From Negaprion brevirostris (lineage: Eukaryota): a stretch of 64,000 nucleotides of DNA. Positions 12,967 to 24,900 of the stretch are shown here, one piece after another. Position numbers and translations under genes: made by a program. Each line of letters opens with the position of its first letter. Positions within the stretch are counted from its first letter, which is position 1. The notes under the pieces are model-generated. The model worked only from the letters and a program-made list of their open reading frames with translations, was not told the DNA's origin and made no database searches. The DNA is taken from the NCBI GenBank assembly GCA_030324005.1, contig JARDVH010000132.1, forward strand, positions 93,622,277 through 93,686,276, written 5' to 3'.

Positions 12967-15900
12967 CTGAAACGTGAAGGGCAGATAAAAAGGATACATG
13001 GATTAGAGAGCTGCCTGTGATATAGCTCACCAAGTGAGCAAAGCTATTTGTAACTGTAAGTGAAACGGCATTATCTGGAGCAGCAGTAAAATAATACAAT
13101 AAACTAAATCCACATGGTTTATCCCTCATATCTAACCATAGTACTTTCTGCAAACCCAGTCAGGTTGCTTCATCCATAAAATATGTACACATACTCCTTG
13201 ATATCAATTGTATAATTCACCTCCCATCAAAGAAAATTTATTTAGATCTCAGATTCAAATTTTCATTTATTTCAACTCAGGAAAGGGGCCTAATTCAAAC
13301 AGATCTGAAGAATTATTATTATAAAAGAAAGAAAAGCATGATGAAATATAATAGATCCATTCCCCACCTGCCAACCCAGGGACACATCAGACAGAGTTGA
13401 ATCCCGACAAGGCTGTCTAGGAAAAGAGGGAGCAATGTATGGTCTCAGGCCTCAGCAGCCAGCAATGGTGATAACTGCTGCAAAGTGAAGGCATTCACTT
13501 TTAAGATTTAATGTGTTGCCCTTTAATTAAAAGGTCACATACCTTTCAGGTCTTTCAGGATCTTGCTGCCTAATGCCTCCCCCCTCAGCTCATAAGGCCA
13601 ACTTTTTCTTGATACACTTTCTAAAAGGGAACAGCCCAATGATTGGAAAGCAAAATAGGAGGTGATGTGGCACCAACTCCATCTCAACTCAATCCAAATG
13701 CACCAATCTGCTCCCTTGGGAGATATCTTGGAGATCTCCAGGCATCTTCAGCTGAGATCAAGACCATAGTATCTGTTCTTTCTCCTTTGCCATGTGCTGG
13801 GAACTGAGCATTTACTAGGCACATGGTGAAAGGTAATTGGCCCGGTGTTGCAGATGAGCATTTTGTTTGATGTAAAATTCATAAAAAAGAGGAAGTCGCA
13901 GTACGTTACTAAATTAAGACAACTCACCAAATTAGAAACAGGGGCCCTGAAAATCCAGCGCTCATTTACTCTGGTACGTATGTCAGGTTTGGGCCCACTA
14001 ATTAATCGACCTGATCCCACAAACAGATTAAGAGTGTGATGAAGTCGTGGTGGGACTGCAGACTTTAAAGACCAGGACTGAAATGGCATAGCTCATAACA
14101 ATTGCGATCCTGAGAAGTCATGGACCATGAATGGCAGTTATACTGGAAACACACTAGCTAGTGTACTCCAGTGCTGACCTTGGCAGTACAACATCACAAG
14201 GGGCTGGTGAACACACACACACATGACTATAGATTTTCTTTATATCTAAGTACATATACTATATTCAAATCTAATATCTGAATGCCTTGCCAGCATCCAC
14301 TTGCAGCTGGAAGAAAGAGTGTTTTTCTGTTTTGGGTCAGGTTCCCATAAAATCCCTTTATCCTCTTCTTTGGTGTCCTCTACAAGGAGACTGAATCTTC
14401 CAATCTTCGGGAGTTCAGGACATAAACCTCTCCCCTGCTGGGATTCATTTATATCCATCCGGCCTCTCTCATCAATCTCAGCAAACCATCCCTCAGTATG
14501 AAACTGGAGCCCTATTCAGGGTAAAGAGGAAATCCCAGTTCTCTTGGGCTGTGCTCCTGATTTCATGTCTTGTTAGGGGTTAAAGTAGATTCCGGGGGGG
14601 GTGGATTTTCTGCCAGGACTCACCATGGGTGAAAACGACGATGTTGGTGGAAAAGAGGATTTTCACAGTAACTCCATTGCAGTGTTAATGTAAGTCTACT
14701 TGTGACACTAATAAATAAATAAACTTTAAAATCTCATGAGAACAGCTAAATGAGGACCTCAGCAACAAAATCTTGTTATATGATATTGATAATTGAGGAT
14801 TCAGCAATGGTCATGCTGTTGAATATCAAGAGGTGATGACTAGATTCTCTCTTGCTGAAGATGGTCATTGCTGGTATTTGTGTGGCATGAATGTTACTTG
14901 CCACATGTCAGTCCAAGCCTGGATATTTCCAAGTCTAGCTGCATTCAGACATGGACTGCTTCAGTATCTGAGGAGTTGCAAATGGTGCTGAACATTCTGC
15001 AATCATTAACAAACATTCCCATCTGACCTTCTGATGGAAGGTCGTTCTTTAAGCAGCTGAAGATGGTTGGGCCTAGGAAACTAACCTGAGGAACTCCAGT
15101 GATGTCCTGGGCCTGAGATGGTTGACCTCCAACAAGCACAACCGTCTTCCTTTGTACAATAAGAAGTTTCATGACACCAGGTTAAAGTCACAGGTTTATT
15201 TGGAATCATGAGCTTTCAGAGCANNNNNNNNNNNNNNNNNNNNNNNNNNNNNNNNNNNNNNNNNNNNNNNNNNNNNNNNNNNNNNNNNNNNNNNNNNNNN
15301 NNNNNNNNNNNNNNNNNNNNNNNNNNNNNNNNNNNNNNNNNNNNNNNNNNNNNNNNNNNNNNNNNNNNNNNNNNNNNNNNNNNNNNNNNNNNNNNNNNNN
15401 NNNNNNNNNNNNNNNNNNNNNNNNNNNNNNNNNNNNNNNNNNNNNNNNNNNNNNNNNNNNNNNNNNNNNNNNNNNNNNNNNNNNNNNNNNNNNNNNNNNN
15501 NNNNNNNNNNNNNNNNNNNNNNNNNNNNNNNNNNNNNNNNNNNNNNNNNNNNNNNNNNNNNNNNNNNNNNNNNNNNNNNNNNNNNNNNNNNNNNNNNNNN
15601 NNNNNNNNNNNNNNNNNNNNNNNNNNNNNNNNNNNNNNNNNNNNNNNNNNNNNNNNNNNNNNNNNNNNNNNNNNNNNNNNNNNNNNNNNNNNNNNNNNNN
15701 NNNNNNNNNNNNNNNNNNNNNNNNNNNNNNNNNNNNNNNNNNNNNNNNNNNNNNNNNNNNNNNNNNNNNNNNNNNNNNNNNNNNNNNNNNNNNNNNNNNN
15801 NNNNNNNNNNNNNNNNNNNNNNNNNNNNNNNNNNNNNNNNNNNNNNNNNNNNNNNNNNNNNNNNNNNNNNNNNNNNNNNNNNNNNNNNNNNNNNNNNNNN

Positions 15901-18900
15901 NNNNNNNNNNNNNNNNNNNNNNNNNNNNNNNNNNNNNNNNNNNNNNNNNNNNNNNNNNNNNNNNNNNNNNNNNNNNNNNNAAATCGGTTGGACTAAAACC
16001 TGGTGTTGTCAGACTTTTTACTGTGTTTACGCCAGTCCAACGCCAGCATACCCACATAACGGTTACTGCACAGGCAGTGGAATGGAAAATAAGACTACTT
16101 CCCACTTTTATTTTGGCTTTTTTCCTATTGTTTTTGTTCATTCCTTTTTTTCTTCTGCGGTGACACAAGTGAGGAGTATGAGCACCCCACAAGAAACTTA
16201 GAGATATCCCTTAAAACATTTTTTATAAATTGTTATATGTATTTAGGGGTGCAATTCTAATCAATGAGGCGCATTGGTCTAACCAGCTTCTCCATCAATA
16301 TATATTGGTTTCCAGTGAAAACCCACGACAGGAGAATTCAGATGCTTGGAAACTCCTTGATCAATCTCCCTGTTTGGGATAGACAGAATATCTGCCCCAT
16401 AAATCCAGTCTACAAATGTAGCACAAGTTCAAGGCCCAACATATTCACACCCACCATCTCACTTAAATCAGGCGGTTTTCACATGATTTCTTTATTCCCA
16501 ATTATTACCAGTGCACAATGGAATCTTGCGTCCCTTTTACAGATGAGTGTTTAGCAATAAAAGACCAGTTTACAGTCTAGGTTAATGTCATCTTGTGTGA
16601 TGTTTAGGCTAAGTCTTGGTTTACATAACTGAATACAAATACTCCATATGAACTCAGTGTCGGAGGCATGGATGGAGGCACTAGTTTTGCATCACGCTCA
16701 CTTTTCCTGAAGGCACTCTGTTCTCAAATGTCAAAAACGTTTGATGACAGATTTCTCCATTAGGGCCTGTCCAAGGTTGTTTTTTCCTATGTAGCAGGCT
16801 CCAGCTTGCATGTTTTGAGGTTGGCATTGAGAATGTCTTTATATCTGAGTCTACCTAATGTATTCATATCTAATATCGTGATGCATATGTATTTTCAAAA
16901 TATATTGGTCAGTCATACTGGGCAAAATATCACTCCGGCCTGTTTGGAACCAGCCTGTTCTTTCATTCCAGTGATTTCAATGGTTAAACAACCCATGTTG
17001 CCTAATTACTCTACAGGACAGTTGGAATGTGATAAACTGTTTGGTCGTTCAAGCCTACCTTCTCCATAGACTGTGCATTATTCACTCTACCATGGGTTCC
17101 GACCTGGAAGCATGTGAAATCACATGAGAAGTCATCATCATCAGTGTGCCCTCTATCAACCAAGCAGCGAGTTGGAGTGGTAAAGTCCAACGGATTGGAA
17201 TTTTACGTTGCCAGTGTGATTTTCAGGTTGGCACATGGTGACCCGGGCAGGTAGTCATCCCATTATTTCCATTTTTCTCATCCAAAGGCAGGATAAAAAG
17301 GGCCAGGAGAATTGGCCCTGTGAGTTGTTAGGAGTTCAGGTGAGAGATTGCCATTGTGTTTCTGTTGTGATTTCAGACCTTTGCCTCTAATTTTGTGACA
17401 TAATTGCATTATTGTCAGAGGTAGATGGAAATGTAGATTCAAAACACAAACAGATCATCCATGATCTTATTGAATGGCAGAGCAGGCTCAAGGGGCTGAA
17501 TGAACTGCCTCTGTTTCTACATTTGTATGTTAATCTAGTTACGAGGACTCTTTTGTTCCGGTCATTCTATGGAACACTTCTGCCTATTGCAGCCTTCAGT
17601 GTATTGGCAGTTCATCCACCAGTGAGACACACATCTGTACCTCCTTGCTCACCAATTGGGTACCTAGCAGATGATTGGTGCAGAGAGCAGATGTGACATT
17701 GGTACATCCCTCAGCAGCTCTTCCTAGAGTGTCAGTTTCTTGTTATCAGCAGTGCATCCTGAGAGTGGTGCTTCTAAGGGAGAAAGCGATTATGTTATTA
17801 AGAACATCCTCATTAAGTGGCCATGCAAGCATGATGGTAGCTTGCCTAGATGGACATGCATTTCACTGAAGCTCTGAGAGAGGCCAATCATTGGGAACTC
17901 CAGATTTGCCCTTTTTACTGGAGAGACCACATTCTAGCCCTTCCTGCACAATCATTCAATTTCTCATCTGCCCACAGGATTCTCACCATCCTCTAACACT
18001 TGTATCTCTCTGATATCTGAGGATCTTGCTCCTTGCTTAACTTCCACATCCAGGGTGTCCATGTCAAATGTGGACACTCCAACACCCACTTACGTATGCT
18101 ACAGCACGTTATGGCTTCTCTTCATGTGAATGTATACCATTCCAGCCTCATAAACCTCCCCCCAGAACAGCCAGCTTCATGTGCCTGTCAGTCTCTCATC
18201 CTTGGCATGTACAAGGATATGTTGTTTTTGGCACGATGCATCTCTCACCCTTGAGCACTGTGACTTACGCCTGCTCTCTAAGCCATACTCAGCTCCATGC
18301 CAAGTTGTTACTCACCTTTGCAGAGTGCAGAAGATCATTGAAAAATTTTCACCACTGAATCTACGTGCGATGCACCACATCAAGCCTACTCACCCATGCA
18401 GCCATCTCTGTCCAGACCTTCTTCCTCTGCTGGGGCAGCCTCTTTTTTCCACCCCACAATGTAAGTATTTCACTCATTCCCTCCATAAGGGGGCGCAGGC
18501 TGCTGCCTCAGTACCCACCAGCATTGGCAGTATGCCTGCCATGCCCACCAATTGGTGAGACCATCACTTGTGCCAGATTTTCCACTCTCTCATCGACAGC
18601 TCCATTCAGCTCCTCCCCAACTCCCGGTAGCCTTCAGGGAGCTTTACCATTTGACCTGGCACCATTTGCTCCCACCCTCAACACTGGTGGGTTTAGCCCT
18701 AGGTTCAAACTTAGCAATAGTTTAGTCATATACTCTGTACCTATTTTGCCTGCAATGCAAAGCTGAAAGATTCTGCTGAGGTTAACCAAATCTTGTACAC
18801 TTGAAATGGAAATTTAAAAATTACAATAAAAGCCTAGACACAACTCAAATCTCTGTTTAGCAAGCAAAGCAAATTAAACTATAGCAAAACTATTAAACTT

Positions 18901-21900
18901 TATATGTGAAGCAATAAAGCTGACCAGCTGCATTTTAGCAGTCTTGTAAAGCTCACAGGTGTCCTTTCTGCTTAATGGAGTTTTTTTAAATGGAGGATGT
19001 GCCTATTTTCTTCGTCTTCACAATGCTGTCAATGAAACAACTGCCAGTGTGAATACTGCGCAGGTGTCTTGTGATGCACAGAAGCATTGTTTAAGATTAC
19101 TGAGATGGGAATTTGGAATGCAAGATATAATCTCCTGTCATTGCCTTCACCAGAGATATTATCAGCACCTTGTAAGTGCATGAATGACAGGTTTATCATG
19201 AGACACAGGGTTATAACAGCTATGATAATCTGTTAAATCTTTCCACAAGGTCTTTGAACACCTCATTCTGCAACATAGTCAATGANNNNNNNNNNNNNNN
19301 NNNNNNNNNNNNNNNNNNNNNNNNNNNNNNNNNNNNNNNNNNNNNNNNNNNNNNNNNNNNNNNNNNNNNNNNNNNNNNNNNNNNNATGAATTTTCCATAA
19401 GCCTACTAGTCAAGGCCATTTCCACATATGCCAACAACATGCATTTTATGTCATGCAAAAACAAAGGTCAAATTAATTTTCCTACTTTGCTAAATAAAAT
19501 ACATTTAAACAACAGCCATCAAGGGAGGAAATATAATAATGTTAAAAGAGAAGCTTCATTTTAAACTTGGCAGAAAGTCTAACAGGCTGTTTTCCTTTCT
19601 CTTCATTTTCCTTCAATCTTGTTTTCAAAATTAATTTTAAACAAATGCAATTCTGTAATTCAAATTGACTGGATTCATTAACAAAAAAACTGGCACACAC
19701 TAGAAACATTGGCCTTGAAATGAATTCTCTCTATGATGGGTGCAAGGGGGTCAGAGAGCTGAATATGGGGAATGAGTCCTAATATGCACACACATGACCA
19801 CCATTGCTTTTACAGTAGTGAATATTGGAGCTTCCGAGTGTCCTGTCCTGGAGGGATAGGTCATTTAATTAACATATTTAAATTGGGCTCCAACAGTTTA
19901 ATTGGAGCCCAAATAAAATTTACTGCTGCTGCATGTATTTCCTGCCGATCAGGATATCTGTAAGTGAAAGAGAAGCAGAAACTGTCAACTCCTCATTTTA
20001 CATTCCTTTTTTAGCACTCCTTGTGGGTCAGGAGGAACCAGAGTGTTTCCTCCAGCACCACTGAAAGTGAACTTTGTTGTTTTTATTGAAATGCTGTTTG
20101 TCTACTAATGCATGCTTCATTTTTTGTTGATTTTTGGTTTAACAGTTACATTAGAAGTTTAAAAAACAAAATTCTATCCATCCAAATCTTTGATTGCAGT
20201 CATTTAGGATTCCTTTCTTTTCAAGTTATTGACCCCGCTGGGAAGCCTTCAGCCTCCCCACTACTGGTCAATGACCTCTCTAATCTCTGGACTCCCAGAG
20301 ACCTCCTTCCAAGGGTCATTTGGCTAGTCTCTAATCACTGCTGTTTCCTTCTGCCCACCAACCAAGCTGTCCATTTGACTTGGTGGGAAATGGAATAAAA
20401 AATGTTAATAGAGTCCATGCATTAACTTCAGCAGGAGCTCCCCAAGCCTTTTTGGGTTTTTTGGTTATTTTCAGCTTGACCTGCACACTTGATGGCAATA
20501 TTACAGCCATCAAATGTTCATATTATCATAAGTCAAGGTTTTCAGGAATAGGGAGAAAACATGAGGAGAAAAATATTTGGAACTGGGAGTTTATAAGGTA
20601 CCTGGCCTCACAAATTAACATATTGCAAAAGCAAAATTCATGATATGCTTACAACAATGGTGTTAAATTAAACAGATAGCTGCTGATTTCACTTGCATGT
20701 GAAATGGTTAAATAAGTGAAATATTACAACTAATTTATTTTATATAATGAAGCTTATCTTTTGAATTATGTTAGTAAATGATGAATGCAAGAATTTAACC
20801 AATTCAACTTTCTTGCATACCTGTATTTATGGTGTTAATTGGTGTCACCTTGTCAGGACTTAAAACAACTAAGCAAGGTAACAAAACGCAAAATTATTTC
20901 AATAGGTCTTATTTATTTATACTTACCAATTGCCAGAATTTGAATAATGAATAAACAAATATAAAGTTGATCATACTCCACCACCTTACATGTTCACTTC
21001 CTCCAACACCAAGGAAGAGTGGCAGCAAGTGTGTACCATTTACAAGATGCACTGCAGCAACTCACCAAGGCTCCTTAGACAGCACCTTCCAAACCTCTCC
21101 AACCTAGGACCAGGACAGCAGGCAGATAGGAACATCGGCGTCTGGATGTTTCCTTCCAAGCCAATCACCATTCTGACTTGGCAATATATCGCCATTTCTT
21201 CACTGTCGCTGCATCAAAATCCTGCAACTCCCTCCCAAAAGCAGTGTATATATACCTACATTGTATGGACTGCAGCCATTCAAGACAGCACTTACCATCA
21301 TCTTTTCAATGACAATTAGGGATGTTGACCTTGTCATGAAAGAATAAATTAATTTTAAAAAACAGCATTTGGAATTTAAAGTTCTATAATTCAGAGTAAG
21401 GATGGAACTTCAGTTTAGATTTTTTTAATACTGTAATGCTAATCACCCTCTGATAAGACATGGTGTGGAATTTAATCTAGGCATTGACATGCAAACCATG
21501 GTGGCCTGATGCATTTAATCACAGAACAAGCTCTAAGCCAGTCTGTCAATGGGGTAGAAGGGGCCGATGTGGCATACCCAGATGCCATTGGTGGGATTTC
21601 AATTGAGACCCTAAATGAGACAATTGACTCAAGCTCCTAATAGTCATTATTAATTCAGTTCTGGCTCAGTGATTAAATGGGATCTGCATGATTCTCCTGT
21701 GCTTCTCAATGCCCTCGCATTGCTGTAACTTCAATGATCAAGTTTCATTTTCTCTATACGCTGATATTTCCACATTCACCATTTATCAGACACTTTGTGG
21801 GGTGTAATGTAATCATTAGTAGATCCAAAACTTCATGGCCTGAGATCGCTCTTGTATCAAATCCTGCAAAATTTTGGGCCCAATTTTACCATCAAGTTGC

Positions 21901-24900
21901 GCCTGTTTTCAGATGTGAAAACTTGGTAAAGTCAGGCATGAGGCTAGTAGCATGATCCGCAACCGCCTCCGTAGACGTTCCCCCTTTATCAATCGCTGAA
22001 AATGGCAGCAATCGGGACTGTGACGACAATTTAAACGCATTTAAGTTGAATTAATGGGCTGGACGCCCAACTTGACTGGCACTTCATCATTCACTCCTTG
22101 TTCGCCTGTCCAAGCAAAACAGACATGGTCCACAAAGGTCCAATTCGGGCTACTCCAGCTTCTGAGGGGGTAAGTTCAGGGCTTCTGACGGCTCTCTGAC
22201 TCCGACTGATGGTGTTGGGAGGGGGTGGGAGGAAGGGGTCAGATNNNNNNNNNNNNNNNNNNNNNNNNNNNNNNNNNNNNNNNNNNNNNNNNNNNNNNNN
22301 NNNNNNNNNNNNNNNNNNNNNNNNNNNNNNNNNNNNNNNNNNNNGGGGCAGAGAACACAACCTTGTGGGGCACTGGTGTTGAGGATGATCATGGAGGAAA
22401 TGTTGTTGCCTATTCTTACTGATTACAATCAGTGGGTGTTCGGAAATTCAGGATCCAGTCGCAGAGCGAGGAGCTGAACCCAAAGCCAAGGGAGTTTGGA
22501 GGCGAACTTTGTGGGTGTAATGGTGTTGAAGGCTGAGCTGAAATCGATAAATAGGAGTCTGACATAGGTGTCTTTGTTATCTAGGTGTTCCTGGGTTGAG
22601 CACAGAGCCAGGGAGACGGTGTCTGCTGTGGACCAATTGCGGCAGTAGGCCAACTTTGGTGGATCCAGGCACTGTGGGAGGCTGGAATTAATTCATGCCA
22701 TGACTAGTTTTTCGAAGCACTTCATAATGGTGGATGTCAGAGCCACAAGACAGTAGTCATTAAGGCTTTTCTTTGGTACAGGGATGATGGTCATCTTCTT
22801 GAAGCAGATAGGAACCTCACCCATTGTTGAAAAGAGAAGTTGAAGGTGTTTGTGAGTACCCCCGCCAGCTGGTCCACGCAGGATTTGAGTGCATGTCTGG
22901 GTGCCCCATCCACATTCAGCCTTCAGTAAGTCATTTCCAAATAACATCTGCACCACATAAAGATCAAGTCGCATTGACAATCTGTATAATTGTTTACAAT
23001 CTTTATAAATGATCTGCAGGCAGGGACAGAGTGTAACATAGCAAAAGTTGCGGATGATACTAAAGTAGGTGGGAAAGCAGACAGTGAAAATTTTACAGAC
23101 TAATATAGATAGGCGAGGAGAATGGGCCAAATTTGGCAGATGGAGTTTATTGTGGGTAAGTGTGACGTTATCCACTTTGGCTGAAAAAATAGAAAGGCAA
23201 ATTATTATCTAAATGGAAAGCAGAGGGATCTGCTTGTCTACGTTCATGAATACAGTAAAAAGTCTCACAACACCAGGTTAAAGTCCAATAGGTTTGTTTA
23301 TTTGGTAGAAAAATCCACTAACTTTCGGAGTGCTGCTCCTTCGACAGGTGAGTGGGGAGTTCTGATCACAAACAGAGCACATAACGGCATATACTCAGTT
23401 TACAGAATACTGATTAGAATGTGAGTCTTTACAGCTAATCAAGTCTTAAAGGTGCAGACAATGTGAGCGGAGATAGCATTAAGCATACATTAAAGAGATG
23501 TGTATTGTCTCCAGACAGGACAGTAAGTGAGATGTTGCAAGCCCAGGCAAGTTATGGAGGTCACAAATGGTATGACATGAACCCAAGATCCTGGTTGAGG
23601 CTGTCCTCATGTGTGCGGAACTTGGCTATCAGCTTCTGCTCAGTGACTCTGCGCTGTCGTATGTCGTGAAGGCCGCCTTGGAGAATGTCTACCCGAAGAT
23701 CAGAGACCGAATGCCCGTGATCATTGAAGTGTTCGCCAACAGGAACATTCTTGCCTGGTGATTGTCAAGCAGTGTTCATTCATCTATTGTTGTAGCATCC
23801 GCATAGTCTCACCAATGTACCATGCCTCGGGACATCCTTTCCTGCAGCATATCAGGTGGACAACGTTGGCCAAGTTGCAAGAGTATGTACCGTGTAACTG
23901 GTGGATGGTGTTCTCACATGAGATGATGGCATCCGTGTCGATGATCCGGCATGTCTTGCTGTGGCAGGGTTGTGTGGTGTCGTGGTCACTGTCCTCCTGC
24001 AGGCTGGGTAGTTTGCTGCGGACAATGGTCTGTTTGAGGTTGTGCGGTTGTTTGAAAGCAAGAAGTGGGGATGGCCTTGGCAAGATGTTCGTCTTCATCA
24101 ATGACATGTTGAAGACTCCGGAGAAGATGTCGTAGCTTGTCCGCTCTGGGGAAGTACGAAGCCCTGAAAGCAAGTGGCATTTGCTAGCGAATAAACCTGT
24201 TGGATTTAACCTGGTGTTGTGAGACTTCTTACTGTATTTACCCGAGTCCAATGCCGGCATCTCCACATTCAGACTCGTTTCCAGTCCTCTGCTTCTCTGG
24301 TCATTTGTTCCTTCAGCAGTTCTTCTTGCCATCTTTTTCTAAGCAACTTTTCCTTGCTATTCATTTTACTTGATAGTATCTATGGTTTTCCCAATTTTCT
24401 CCTTTGCTTCTTGTTTAATGTCCTCCTCTCCCATTACGAAAGGATATTAGGATATACATTTACATGAGGAATGTTGTATAAAGAAAGCTGTTGCTTATAT
24501 GCAGCATAAAAATATAAATGATTTCAATAATAACTTTAAAGAATGGACAACAGAAATCATTTTATGGATATGCTCCACATATGGTTCACCACACACTGCC
24601 CCCTCACCCCCCGCCCCCAAGGAATACTTTGACCGATAAGATTAAAGTCTGCTACGCCTCAGATGCTATGCTAATAACACCATCCCCCTCCTTAAAGGTA
24701 TGCCACAAATCAGATGTTCAACTGCTGCACATGGCATGAAGAACATGATCTGCAATGTGCATAGTTCAGGCATTTTTATCATAAAACTGCAAAACTTGAC
24801 AATTTTGCCGAAACACAAGATAGACATAAGTTTGTTCACTGAGGTGGATATTAACATAAATAAATTGAGGTGGAGGTGAAGAAACAGAGACAGTGGGAAA

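Noticed and set aside
15206-16192. Long ORFs (328 aa, 262 aa) and other X-filled ORFs
   Set aside because: They are open only because they run through N gaps.
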